32,000 nt of DNA from Paenibacillus sp. (GCF_048976745.1 NZ_JBHGUU010000006.1:1519395-1551394), one strand, 5' to 3'; positions 1 to 8,787 are shown, counted from the first letter of the stretch. Numbers and translations are program-made. Notes: generated by a model from the letters alone, not told the origin.

Positions 1-414
1 GAATTCCCGTTCTACCCGGATAATTACACTGCTTCCACCTGCGGATACTGTGGCTTCCACACAGCTAGGTTCCTGCGTTGCATCCGCAGATACCTCCACT
101 GTGGAAGTCCGGTGTTTCGGGTCCAGATAGGACAAAGGCACATGTTCTACATACGAGACCGTTTCTTTGGCTACATCCGTCTGCGAATTCTTGTCATAGG
201 AATACCAAATGTTGATATCGTAAGTACCAATAACTTCAATTCCGTCACCCGCTGATACGGCTTCATATTGGTGGTTGATAATCCAAGCCCCCAAAATACT
301 TGTCGGACCATTTGGCGGAGTCACGGTATGTGTTACGGTAGAGAACTTACGACCTTTGCCGCAGATCGCCTTCGTGATAATCTCTCTACATTGATGTTTA
401 TGACTCAATGACAT
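1..414 (-). CDS. cotE: Outer spore coat morphogenetic protein CotE, N-terminal ~138 codons (3' end runs off the window)
   Basis: Absent from the ORF track because it is open at the window edge. Reverse-strand ATG at 414-412, preceded by GGAGGAGG (cctcctcc at 422-429 on +). Translation MSLSHKHQCREIITKAICGKGRKFSTVTHTVTPPNGPTSILGAWIINHQYEA..YDINIWYSY..VIIRVEREF matches B. subtilis CotE blocks recalled from memory (REIITKA..KGRKF, SILGGWIINHKY, YDINVWYSY, AEREF). Confidence 0.85.
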   Translation of the reverse strand, partial: MSLSHKHQCREIITKAICGKGRKFSTVTHTVTPPNGPTSILGAWIINHQYEAVSAGDGIEVIGTYDINIWYSYDKNSQTDVAKETVSYVEHVPLSYLDPKHRTSTVEVSADATQEPSCVEATVSAGGSSVIIRVEREF

Positions 415-447
415 CTTTAAACCTCCTCCATACAATCATTCACTACA

Positions 448-477
448 AGTGTATGCAGGGCATTCGTCTAGGGTGAC
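448..477 (-). promoter_or_regulatory. Candidate mother-cell (sigmaK/sigmaE-type) promoter of cotE
   Basis: On the minus strand, AC (474-473), a 17-nt spacer, then CATACACT (455-448), about 35 nt upstream of the cotE ATG. This resembles the AC-N16/17-CATAnnnT(A) sigmaK and CATACA-T sigmaE -10 consensus. Motif match only. Confidence 0.3.
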
Positions 478-489
478 AACTATTTTCTA

Positions 490-1467
490 TTATTCGTTTG
501 TAGATTGGGACCGGTCCGAGATTGGGGACGGTGCTTTGTCCTTCTTCGCGACTTTCAGATACAGCGCGAGTTCGCGGCACAACTGGAGAATTGCGGAACG
601 AATCTCGAATTCTTCCCTTGTATCCGGCAGTTCCATACGTTTGAATTCTTCTTGCACATCCGCAAGAAGTTTTTCAGTTCGTCCGGTGTAAGATTCGGTA
701 AGAACATCCTGACTAAGTTGATCGAACAGCTCCGACACCATTTCCGCATGTGGCATCTTCTGATAGATCTGGGACACCAGATGCATCATATGCTGGATGG
801 AGTCCAGCTGCGTTTTGCGCATATAAAAGTAGACACTCCATTCCTCATTCGGATGAATCACCTGATTCTCCAGAGAACGCTTGGCTGCATCAATACCGCC
901 AAGAATCGCTTTATCCGCTTCAATCAGCTCTCTCCCCGCCCATGCTTCATTGGGATTACGCAGCGTGGCTGCGAATTCCTTGAAAATCTTCGAAAAGAGT
1001 TCATCGATTCGTTTGCGAATGCGTAACATCTGTGGATCCGCTGCCGGCATATAGGCCAGATTAACCGCCATTGCGGAACCAAGACCAATCAGAAGCAAAG
1101 CAATTTGTACGAGGACAACATGCACGTCCATTTCCCCGCCGCCGAACACCCGAAACACTACGACTGAACCTGTTACAATACCTTCCTTGAAGCCAACCCG
1201 GACAATAACCGGGAATGCGATCAATATGTATACGGCCAGTACCCAGTAATGGAAGCCTAGAAAGTGAAAAAGTACACTTGCAAATAAAAGTCCAACTACT
1301 GAAGCAAAAAATCGGGCCGATATGGTACGAATACTTCGTTTTCTCGTTACATCCACCCCGAGAATGGCAAGCAATCCCGCTGAGGTTGGTCCTGGCAAGC
1401 CGCACCAGTCCGCAATCAGCACGGCCATTAATGCGGCAATTGCGGTTTTTATTACCCTAAAACCCAT
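490..1467 (-). CDS. Aromatic acid exporter (ArAE/FUSC-like, UPF0421/DUF939, YgaE-type) membrane protein
   Basis: 325-aa ORF with SD GGAGATGG 7 nt upstream of the ATG. The N-terminal half has about 5 TM helices (MGFRVIKTAIAALMAVLIADW..). The C-terminal half is a soluble helical domain, which is typical of this family. Confidence 0.75.
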   Translation of the reverse strand: MGFRVIKTAIAALMAVLIADWCGLPGPTSAGLLAILGVDVTRKRSIRTISARFFASVVGLLFASVLFHFLGFHYWVLAVYILIAFPVIVRVGFKEGIVTGSVVVFRVFGGGEMDVHVVLVQIALLLIGLGSAMAVNLAYMPAADPQMLRIRKRIDELFSKIFKEFAATLRNPNEAWAGRELIEADKAILGGIDAAKRSLENQVIHPNEEWSVYFYMRKTQLDSIQHMMHLVSQIYQKMPHAEMVSELFDQLSQDVLTESYTGRTEKLLADVQEEFKRMELPDTREEFEIRSAILQLCRELALYLKVAKKDKAPSPISDRSQSTNE

Positions 1468-1815
1468 TTAACATTCCATCTCCTCTAAGCTGCAAAAAAA
1501 TTCTTAGCCAGCTCGTCGCCTCATTCATTTATCATGACTAGTATGTCTCATCCAAATGTAACCTAGACGACATCAACCGACATGCGCATGCATGCCGGTC
1601 ACAGCAACACGCCCCGAATGAGGGACGCTGGCAAGTTAGATCGTTGCGACAGAACCTCAAGGCCCTCTTCTCCAATCATCGCATTCATTCCGGATCTGTG
1701 CGGAATATTCATACTAAATATGGTACTTGATTTCTCGGTATCGGGCAACGTGACACCCCTTGTGAAATTGTATACATATGATACCCGGTCACATTACGAG
1801 TAAAACACGTCCGAA

Positions 1816-2649
1816 TCACCTGCGGCCAGCCAGCATTTTACGTTCTGCATAGACAACAAGTTGATACATGGCTGTTGCAACTGCTGCAATAATTAACAGA
1901 CTTGATAATACAAGTGTAAAGTTGAATACCTGGAATCCGTAGATAATGAGATAACCGAGCCCTTGTTTGGCGACCAGAAACTCACCCACAATTACACCCA
2001 CCCAGGCCATGCCCACGTTCACTTTCAAAGTGGATACAATCGCTGGAAAAGAAGCGGGCAATACAACTTTGGTAAAAATCTCGGAACGTTCTCCACCAAA
2101 CGTACGAATCACTTTAATATAATTGGGATCCACTTCATTGAAGCTGTTATACACCACCAGTGTTGTAATAATGACCGTGATGGACAACGTAGTCATAACA
2201 ATTGCCGTGAAACCCGCGCCAAACATAACAATAAAGATCGGGCCAAGGGCTACCTTTGGCATACTGTTAAACACAACCATATAGGGGTCCAGCACTTTGG
2301 ACAAAAAAGGAGACCACCAAATTAAAACTGCGAGCAAGGTTCCAACGAGTGTTCCCAGCAAAAAACCAACTGCCGTTTCCCCTACGGTTACCCCAACATG
2401 AGCCCATAATTCGCCACTAGCGATGTCCTTGCCGATCTGAGCAAAAATCTTACTTGGATAACTGAATAACAGTACATCAATCCAACGAAGTCTGCCTGCC
2501 ACTTCCCATAACAAGAACATACATACGAGCATAGATAACTGTACGGCAAGCACTTGGTGTCGCCATCTGGCCACTTGCTGAATATGATTCCGATGCAGCT
2601 GTCCCATCCATTCGTCACGCTTTTCCTGCTTCGGATTCGTTTGATTCAC
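1816..2649 (-). CDS. ABC transporter permease (NitT/TauT family, SsuC/TauC-like)
   Basis: 277-aa polytopic membrane ORF. Its GTG start overlaps the upstream ATPase stop (GTGA at 2646-2649), implying translational coupling. It has a BPD-transporter EAA-like region and sits in a binding protein-ATPase-permease operon. Confidence 0.9.
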   Translation of the reverse strand: MNQTNPKQEKRDEWMGQLHRNHIQQVARWRHQVLAVQLSMLVCMFLLWEVAGRLRWIDVLLFSYPSKIFAQIGKDIASGELWAHVGVTVGETAVGFLLGTLVGTLLAVLIWWSPFLSKVLDPYMVVFNSMPKVALGPIFIVMFGAGFTAIVMTTLSITVIITTLVVYNSFNEVDPNYIKVIRTFGGERSEIFTKVVLPASFPAIVSTLKVNVGMAWVGVIVGEFLVAKQGLGYLIIYGFQVFNFTLVLSSLLIIAAVATAMYQLVVYAERKMLAGRR

Positions 2650-3440
2650 GCGTCTTTCTCACCTCCCCCGGGCTGGTCCAGTTCACTCCATAATGCCTGA
2701 AACAGCTCATTGAACCCTTCTTGCTCCCTGGCATGGAAGGGCTGGGCCTTTCGAATTCCATCGGGAATGATAAATTCACGACGGATGCGGCCAGGATTGC
2801 GATCAAGTACAATGACGCGATCACTGACCGCAATGGCCTCAGACAAATCATGGGTGACAAGTACAGAGGTTTTGCCAAACTGTTTTAACGTATCTGAGAC
2901 GAGATCCTCCAATTGCAGCTTGGTTTGATAATCAAGTGCTGAGAAGGGTTCATCCAGCAATAAAATTCCTGGGTCTGTCGCCAGCGTGCGCACCAGGGCT
3001 ACTCGCTGTCTCATACCTCCTGAAAGCTCTGAAGGGTACTGACTCTCCGTTCCGGCCAGCCCCATACTTACCAGCAGTTCCCGTACACGCTCACGGCTCC
3101 GTTCATCCAGTCTGCCTGTCAGTTCAAGACCGATCAATGAATTATCCAGAATGGTCCGCCATGGAAACAGGTAGTCTTGTTGAAGCATATAACCAATCTG
3201 TGCTGAAGGGCCACCAACGAGTTTCCCTTTAACCTTGACCTCTCCTCGAGTGGGTGTGAGCAGCCCGGCGATGATCGACAACAGTGTCGTTTTACCGCAT
3301 CCGCTCGGTCCAACCAGACTGACAAACTCTCCTTTTTGGATCTCCAGACTCAAGTCTTCAATCACCAATGAAGCTTCCCGCTCGCTGACGTATACTTGAG
3401 AGATCCCCTCCAGTCGGATCACACTTTCGGATTCAGGCAT
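2646..3440 (-). CDS. ABC transporter ATP-binding protein (NitT/TauT family)
   Basis: Walker A GPSGCGKTT, signature LSGGMRQRV and Walker B LLLDEPFSALD. Start moved to the ATG at 3440 (MPESESVIRLEG..) because GGAAAGGAAGTG lies 6 nt upstream. The track's longer start would overlap the binding-protein gene. Confidence 0.9.
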   Translation of the reverse strand: MPESESVIRLEGISQVYVSEREASLVIEDLSLEIQKGEFVSLVGPSGCGKTTLLSIIAGLLTPTRGEVKVKGKLVGGPSAQIGYMLQQDYLFPWRTILDNSLIGLELTGRLDERSRERVRELLVSMGLAGTESQYPSELSGGMRQRVALVRTLATDPGILLLDEPFSALDYQTKLQLEDLVSDTLKQFGKTSVLVTHDLSEAIAVSDRVIVLDRNPGRIRREFIIPDGIRKAQPFHAREQEGFNELFQALWSELDQPGGGEKDA

Positions 3441-3468
3441 TCTGCTCACTTCCTTTCCTGAATACCCA

Positions 3469-4473
3469 TCACTTTGATTTCGCAGCTTCTTCCGCATAGG
3501 CATTATCCACAATTGCATTCAAATCCACGCGTTCTTTCAACTCGCCGGCGGCACTCATGACATCAAGCAGATTATTCCACTCTTCCTCATCAATAATTGG
3601 GTCCGTTGCATAGCTGCCCTGTTCCTTATAACGGTTCACACTGCTTACCAAAATGGCTGGATCGATGTCTTTGAAAAAAGGAGAAATAACTTCAGCAATC
3701 TCTTCAGCCGTATGGGAGTCCACCCATGTCTGCGCTTTGTGCAGACCATCTGTAAACTTCTGTACGATATCCTTATTGTCATTAAGATAACTCTGTTTCG
3801 TCATGAAGACGGTGTAAGGCAGAAGACCACTTTCTGTTCCGAACGATGCAACAACCTTGCCCCGACCTTCTTGTTCAAAAATCGATGCCTGGGGTTCGAA
3901 CAGTTGAACATAATCTCCCGTGCCTGAGGCAAAAGCAGACGCAATGTTGGCAAAATCCACATTCTGTATCAGCTCCAGATCACTTTGCGGATTGATGCCA
4001 TGTTTTTTGAGAGCGAACTCTCCGGCCATTTGTGGCATGCCGCCTTTGCGTTGACCGAGAAATGTGGAATCCCTCAGTTGGTCCCAATCAAAGCTGCCTT
4101 CCGTGTTACGAGCGAACAGAAAAGTACCATCCGTCTGGGTGAGCTGGGCAAAGTTAATGACCGGATCTTCCGCTCCCTGCTGATAGACGTATATGGACGT
4201 CTCTGCTCCTACAAGTGCGATATCCACCGAACCTGCGAGTAATGCTGCCATCGTTTTGTCACCGCCAGCAGTCGTCTGAATGTCCACCTCAAGTCCCTGC
4301 TCCTCAAAAAAGCCTTGAGCCACGGCCACATACTCCGGTGCGTAAAATACCGAACGAGTCACTTCGCCAATCGTAATTTTGGCTTCATTCTCTTCCTTGT
4401 TACAGCTGGTGAGCGCCACAATGATAATCAGCAGAATAACGATGCCCCGGACGAACCATGGCGTATATTTCAT
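3469..4473 (-). CDS. ABC transporter substrate-binding lipoprotein, NMT1/THI5-like (SsuA/ThiY-like fold)
   Basis: Start moved to MKYTPWFVRGIVILLIIIVALTSC, with SD GAAGGAGGGAAAC upstream. Lipobox L-T-S-C. The mature domain resembles NMT1/THI5-type periplasmic binding proteins. Confidence 0.85.
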   Translation of the reverse strand: MKYTPWFVRGIVILLIIIVALTSCNKEENEAKITIGEVTRSVFYAPEYVAVAQGFFEEQGLEVDIQTTAGGDKTMAALLAGSVDIALVGAETSIYVYQQGAEDPVINFAQLTQTDGTFLFARNTEGSFDWDQLRDSTFLGQRKGGMPQMAGEFALKKHGINPQSDLELIQNVDFANIASAFASGTGDYVQLFEPQASIFEQEGRGKVVASFGTESGLLPYTVFMTKQSYLNDNKDIVQKFTDGLHKAQTWVDSHTAEEIAEVISPFFKDIDPAILVSSVNRYKEQGSYATDPIIDEEEWNNLLDVMSAAGELKERVDLNAIVDNAYAEEAAKSK

Positions 4474-4559
4474 GTTGTTTCCCTCCTTCACTGGTTTCAG
4501 CAGTTTCTCTCTATTATGGATATGCCGATGCCCAGCAAAAGGTTAAGAACTTGAATGCA

Positions 4560-4588
4560 AAAAAGAGCCGGGCAATCATGCCCGACTC
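4560..4588 (-). terminator. Rho-independent terminator downstream of the M32 carboxypeptidase gene
   Basis: Minus strand: GAGUCGGGCA-UGAU-UGCCCGGCUC (10 bp, one G.U) followed by UUUUU. It lies 45 nt after the stop at 4633. Confidence 0.8.
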
Positions 4589-4632
4589 TCTAGCTCTTCA
4601 AATTGTTATTCAATATGCTGTTTAAGGGATAC

Positions 4633-6147
4633 CTACAGCTTGTAGATCTCAGCGTATTTGGCTTCCAGATAATCGGCAAGATAATCCGGGTTCAACTCTT
4701 CACCCGTTACGGCAACAATCAATTCGGAAGGTGTGCGGCTTTTGCCATACCGATAGATCTTGTCTGTAAGCCATTCCTTAATTGGAATCAGATTACCTTC
4801 GGCAATAAGGGTATCAAACTCCGGCATTTCCTTTCGCAATGTATGTAGAATTTGAGCTGCATACATATTGCCCAGAGAATACGAAGCAAAGTAACCAAAG
4901 TCGCCACCAGACCAATGAACATCCTGAAGAACGCCGTCTCCATCATTCGTTGGCATAATACCGAGGTATTCCTTGTATTTTGCATTCCAGGTCTCTGGCA
5001 GGTCCTTCACTTCGAGGCCATCGTTGAATAACATTTTCTCAATCTCATATCGGATAATAATGTGCAGGTTATACGTCAGTTCATCCGCTTCAATCCGAAT
5101 AAGTGAACTCTCCACCCGGTTGATTGCACGATAGAAATCTTCCAGTTCAACCTCGCTCAATTGCGGGAAATGCTGCTGCAGATCTTGGTAATAACGTGTC
5201 CAGAATGGCAAGCTGCGACCAATCATGTTTTCCCAAAGACGGGACTGAGACTCATGAATCCCCATGGACGTTCCTTCAGCAAGAAGAGTACCTGCCAGAC
5301 TGTCATCAATATTTTGCTCGTATAGGGCATGTCCGCCCTCATGCAGTGAACTGAAGACTGCGCTTGCTACATCATCTTGCAGATAATGTGTCGTGATTCG
5401 CACATCACCAGGGTTAAGGCCCGTTGCAAAAGGATGAACACTCTCATCCAATCGTCCAGCTTCAAAGTCATAACCCATTTGTTCCAGGATGAACAGACTG
5501 AACTTCTCCTGCTGTTTGGTGTCAAACAACTGATTCAGGAACTCTGTATTTGGTTTGCTGTCCGAAGCATTAATCTTCTCTTGCAAAGGTACCAAACGTG
5601 CTTTGAGTCGGGCAAATACAGCATCCACTTTCTCAACGGTCAGATCCGGTTCATACATGTCAAGCAGCGTATCATAACGCGTATCCTTTACACCCCAATA
5701 ATCAATAAACTCTTGTTTGAGCTTAACGATATCTGTCAGATATGGCGAAAAACCTGCAAAATCACTGTTATGCTTGGCATCTTCCCATGCGGATTCGGAT
5801 TTGGCCGCAAGCACGGTATAGGCTTGTACTTTCTCAGGTGGTACGGATTGACTGCGATCATATTCTTTCTTGCAATCTTCAACCAGACGACGATCTATAT
5901 CTTGGAGTTGTTCCAATACCGCTGGAGTAGTCAATACATCAAGGTAAGTTTTCATGTCAGCCGAGGTTTGCAGCTTAAATGCTTCCGTGGACAACATACC
6001 CAGCGTCTCTGAACGAGTCGGAACGCCTTTTTTCGGCGCACCTGTACGCAGATCCCAGTGAAGCAAACCAATGGCTTCATGGTAACTCTTGATTTTACGA
6101 GCCAGATTACGGAAGGATTCCAGATGTTCCTGTGTTTGTTTATCCAT
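4633..6147 (-). CDS. Carboxypeptidase M32 (Taq-type thermostable carboxypeptidase 1, YpwA-like)
   Basis: HEGGHALY zinc motif plus M32 blocks (HPF, IRIEADELTYNLHIIIRYEIE, DVHWSGGDFGYFASYSLG). Start moved to the ATG at 6147 (MDKQTQEHLE..) with SD GAGGTGG 9 nt upstream. Confidence 0.9.
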   Translation of the reverse strand: MDKQTQEHLESFRNLARKIKSYHEAIGLLHWDLRTGAPKKGVPTRSETLGMLSTEAFKLQTSADMKTYLDVLTTPAVLEQLQDIDRRLVEDCKKEYDRSQSVPPEKVQAYTVLAAKSESAWEDAKHNSDFAGFSPYLTDIVKLKQEFIDYWGVKDTRYDTLLDMYEPDLTVEKVDAVFARLKARLVPLQEKINASDSKPNTEFLNQLFDTKQQEKFSLFILEQMGYDFEAGRLDESVHPFATGLNPGDVRITTHYLQDDVASAVFSSLHEGGHALYEQNIDDSLAGTLLAEGTSMGIHESQSRLWENMIGRSLPFWTRYYQDLQQHFPQLSEVELEDFYRAINRVESSLIRIEADELTYNLHIIIRYEIEKMLFNDGLEVKDLPETWNAKYKEYLGIMPTNDGDGVLQDVHWSGGDFGYFASYSLGNMYAAQILHTLRKEMPEFDTLIAEGNLIPIKEWLTDKIYRYGKSRTPSELIVAVTGEELNPDYLADYLEAKYAEIYKL

Positions 6148-6260
6148 TGTTAACGTCCACCTCTTCAAAAAAAATGTATGTACCCTATTGATGATACTTT
6201 TTGCATTGCGTATAATCAACTTTTAACAGAGGCAAATTGCATTATCCTCCTGAAGATACG

Positions 6261-6369
6261 TGTTCAAAAAGTCTGGTTTTCATTACCGAGAAGATAGAAA
6301 TGCATTTCAACTTCAATGCTGATGATGCCCTCAGACATGACTTGTAATCAAAAGTGGACTTTTTGAACA
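6261..6369. repeat. Perfect 13-bp inverted repeat (TGTTCAAAAAGTC / GACTTTTTGAACA) bracketing 83 bp in a divergent intergenic region
   Basis: 6261-6273 is the exact reverse complement of 6357-6369. The repeat sits between the divergent carboxypeptidase and carbonic anhydrase genes. Confidence 0.6.
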
Positions 6370-6491
6370 ACTTCTAAAAGGTTGGAGTAATGCCATCTGC
6401 TGACGGTGATATACTTTTAAAGTAAAGGCGCGTAGGACAAGCTGCATCAATTGCAAGTGGCCGTGCTCGTCGTATTGGATAACAGGAGGCA

Positions 6492-7073
6492 ATGGACATG
6501 AACAACATTCAAGAGATTTTGGCTTACAACAAATCATTTGTCGAGACTAAAGAATACGAGAAGTATACGGCTAGCAAGTTTCCAACCAAAAAGATGGTCA
6601 TCATCACCTGTATGGATACCCGTCTTGTAGAGATGCTGCCGAAAGCGATGAACCTGAAAAATGGCGATGTAAAAATCATCAAAAATGCAGGTGCAATTAT
6701 CTCCCAACCTTTTGGTAGTGTTATGCGTTCTGTATTGGTTGCTATCTATGAATTGGGCGCTGACGAGGTGTTGGTGGTAGGTCATACAGAATGTGGTATG
6801 GCTTCCCTGCATGCTGAAACGATGATTGGTCACATGACGGAACGTGGAATTTCCGAAGAGGTCATGTCTACGCTTGAAAATTCCGGCATTCGTCTGCAAA
6901 AGTGGCTGCGCGGGTTTGACAGCGTTGAAGAAGGGGTAAAAGGAACCGTGGACGTAATCAAGAAGCATCCATTACTTCCTCCCAATGTACCCGTTCACGG
7001 CATGGTTATCGATTCTGCCACAGGTGAGCTTAATCTTGTCGCTGAGGGGTATGGACAACAGGCATCTCTCTAA
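6492..7073 (+). CDS. Beta-class carbonic anhydrase
   Basis: 193 aa. Zn ligands in CMDTRL and HTECGM, typical of small Firmicute beta-CAs (YtiB/YvdA type). SD AGGAGG 5 nt upstream. Confidence 0.85.
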   Translation: MDMNNIQEILAYNKSFVETKEYEKYTASKFPTKKMVIITCMDTRLVEMLPKAMNLKNGDVKIIKNAGAIISQPFGSVMRSVLVAIYELGADEVLVVGHTECGMASLHAETMIGHMTERGISEEVMSTLENSGIRLQKWLRGFDSVEEGVKGTVDVIKKHPLLPPNVPVHGMVIDSATGELNLVAEGYGQQASL

Positions 7074-7083
7074 ATGGTTTGGA

Positions 7084-7112
7084 GTGCGGACCTTATGGTT
7101 CGCACTTTTTTT
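7084..7112 (+). terminator. Rho-independent terminator of the carbonic anhydrase gene
   Basis: GUGCGGACC-UUAU-GGUUCGCAC (one G.U) followed by UUUUUUU. Confidence 0.85.
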
Positions 7113-7245
7113 GTCTAAATTAAGGCAGTTGCTCTGTCAGGTTGTCAAACCATACAGTTTCAGTGTACACTTTTTATGAAAGCGGTCAAAGAAATTAAAA
7201 TCGTTTATTTTTCTGACCTAGCCCTAATATTAAGGAGACATGTGC

Positions 7246-7812
7246 ATGAACATACTTTCCTACGGATTGCTCGGGCTGCTTACCCGCGAGGAGTCATCGG
7301 GTTATGATCTGATGCTGAAGATTCAGCCTCATTGGCAGGCCAAACACAGCCAGATCTACCCCCTCCTGTCCAAGATGGAAAACGATGAGTTACTGGCCTC
7401 CCGCTGGGTACAACAGTCTGACAAACCGGACAAGAAAATGTACGCAGTTACGGAAAAAGGCATTGAGAAGCTCTTGGAATGGATGATTACTCCTGTTACC
7501 GCACCGGTTACACGCGATGAATTTAATTTGCGTATTTTGTGCGTCGGCATAGCGGAAGACGGAAGCATGAGACGCATTCTGAATGAGCGTAAAAGCTGGT
7601 TTATGGAACGCATACGTTATTTCGAGGATTTGAAGTCACGTATACCTCTGGATAATCTTCGTGTAGGCAACCGAGATTTTGGAAGCTACATCCTGGTACA
7701 AAAAGGTTTAATGCATGCGCAAACAGGGCTTGAATGGTGTAACTGGGTTACCCAATTACTTGATGGCCAAGCTGCAATTCAAGACCCAAGTCCAAGCGTT
7801 TCAGAAATTTAA
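7246..7812 (+). CDS. PadR family transcriptional regulator
   Basis: The N-terminal winged helix (LLGLLTREESSGYDLMLKI..SQIYPLLSKMENDELL..KKMYAVTEKG) is diagnostic of PadR. Start moved to the ATG at 7246, which is 8 nt from AAGGAG; the ATG at 7240 is only 2 nt from it. Confidence 0.9.
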   Translation: MNILSYGLLGLLTREESSGYDLMLKIQPHWQAKHSQIYPLLSKMENDELLASRWVQQSDKPDKKMYAVTEKGIEKLLEWMITPVTAPVTRDEFNLRILCVGIAEDGSMRRILNERKSWFMERIRYFEDLKSRIPLDNLRVGNRDFGSYILVQKGLMHAQTGLEWCNWVTQLLDGQAAIQDPSPSVSEI

Positions 7813-7910
7813 TCAAAATTTGAAACGTTCCTGCAAGTTGACCGTATTACTTGAGTAAGGCCCATTTTTGGGTGTTCAAACAAATTAATCGGGGGGTTAC
7901 GATCTTTACA

Positions 7911-8414
7911 ATGAAGAAAAAATTTGGAGTTAAACATCTAATGATGGTATTTATGGCCTTTACATTATTGTTCGCAACAGTGGGAGTAACAAATCCGGAT
8001 TCTGCGGATGCAAGACGTGGTGGCGGATTCAAATCCGGTACAAAAAGTTATACCAACACACCTAAGAAATCCGATTCCAACAGCAACGTGAATCAATCCA
8101 ATTCCGGTAATAACTCCGGTACTGGTGCAGCCGCAACCCGTGGTGGTGGATTCTTCGGCGGTGGCGGTGGCTTCATGAAAGGCATGATGCTTGGTGGTCT
8201 TGCTGGTATGATGTTTGGCGGACTGTTCGGTGGCATGGGCGCCCTGGGTAACATCCTTGGATTGCTCGTGAACGTTGCAGCAATCATGTTGATTGTTATG
8301 CTGGCTATGGCACTCTTCAGAGCCATCTCCAATCGTCGTAAACCTGCAGCGGATGGCCGTTATGACCGCCGCAATGATCGTGATGATGACCGTAACAGAA
8401 ACGGACGGTACTAA
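7911..8414 (+). CDS. Secreted or membrane-anchored Gly/Met-rich low-complexity protein (hypothetical)
   Basis: Start set at MKKKFGVKHLMMVFMAFTLLFATVGVTNPDSADA, a signal-peptide-like N-terminus. This is followed by an S/N/G-rich tract, a GGGFFGGGGGFMKGMMLGGLAGMMFGGLFGGMG tract running into a TM helix, and an R/D-rich tail. The SD is weak (GGGGGG, 14 nt upstream). Confidence 0.6.
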   Translation: MKKKFGVKHLMMVFMAFTLLFATVGVTNPDSADARRGGGFKSGTKSYTNTPKKSDSNSNVNQSNSGNNSGTGAAATRGGGFFGGGGGFMKGMMLGGLAGMMFGGLFGGMGALGNILGLLVNVAAIMLIVMLAMALFRAISNRRKPAADGRYDRRNDRDDDRNRNGRY

Positions 8415-8419
8415 TCTCT

Positions 8420-8698
8420 ATGGTTCTGAGCATGGATGAAATTGTGAATGCAATCTGTATTCATATGGCAGAACGTAAGGGTGTACGTCCAACGGATGTG
8501 AACGTAGAACTGAGCTGGGAAGAAGATACCGGTTATTCCGCTGAAGTATGGATTCAAGGCCGCAGTCAATATCTGGTGGAGTCCAATATGATTGAAGCGA
8601 TTCTTCGTTACCTGCATAGTGAATACAACATCCGGGCGTACCGTGAGAACGTACGACTTGATCTGGATGAAGAGATCACAGCGATCGTCAATCAATAA
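8420..8698 (+). CDS. DUF2653 (YxcD-like) family small protein
   Basis: 92-aa ORF. The pattern EIVNAICIHMAERKGV.P.DV.VEL..EEDTGYSAEVW..G...YL....MIEAI...L matches my recollection of YxcD/DUF2653. The start is uncertain (ATG at 8420 or 8432, neither with a good SD). Confidence 0.6.
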   Translation: MVLSMDEIVNAICIHMAERKGVRPTDVNVELSWEEDTGYSAEVWIQGRSQYLVESNMIEAILRYLHSEYNIRAYRENVRLDLDEEITAIVNQ

Positions 8699-8736
8699 TA
8701 TTAGGTCAAGCCATGACCTGTTATACAAAAGACCGT

Positions 8737-8787
8737 CTCCGCTCTGTCGCCTGACAGAGATGGAAGACGGTCTTTTTGTTTCTGGAG
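8737..8787. terminator. Bidirectional terminator between convergent DUF2653-like gene and tyrS
   Basis: AAAAGACCGUCU..CUCUGUC-gccu-GACAGAG..AGACGGUCUUUUU. A long interrupted hairpin flanked by an A-run and a T-run. Confidence 0.85.

Noticed and set aside
505-1026. 173-aa ORF here, and similar long antisense ORFs at 5377-6012 (+), 20078-20488 (+), 21155-21715 (-), 24009-24500 (-), 27244-27834 (+) and 31163-31600 (+)
   Set aside because: Each is the mirror frame of a gene with clear family motifs on the other strand. None has a convincing SD or a recognisable domain.
1582-1803. 73-aa plus-strand ORF in the ABC/ArAE spacer, and the 80-aa ORF at 13172-13414
   Set aside because: There is no SD and the composition is odd. 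Both lie in regions better explained as terminator, promoter or leader sequence of minus-strand genes. The second also overlaps the permease 3' end.
4474-4559. Looked for a TPP riboswitch upstream of the NMT1/THI5-like ABC importer (ThiXYZ-type operons often have one)
   Set aside because: Only about 85 nt lie between the upstream terminator and the start codon. No CUGAGA or ACCUGAUCUGGAUAAUGCCAGCG-type elements are present. The substrate therefore stays unassigned.
6331-6537. Cys-rich 68-aa minus-strand ORF (MICCKPKSLECCSCP..) that might suggest a small Cys-rich peptide
   Set aside because: Its start lies inside the carbonic anhydrase coding region and there is no SD. Most of it covers intergenic sequence of ordinary composition.
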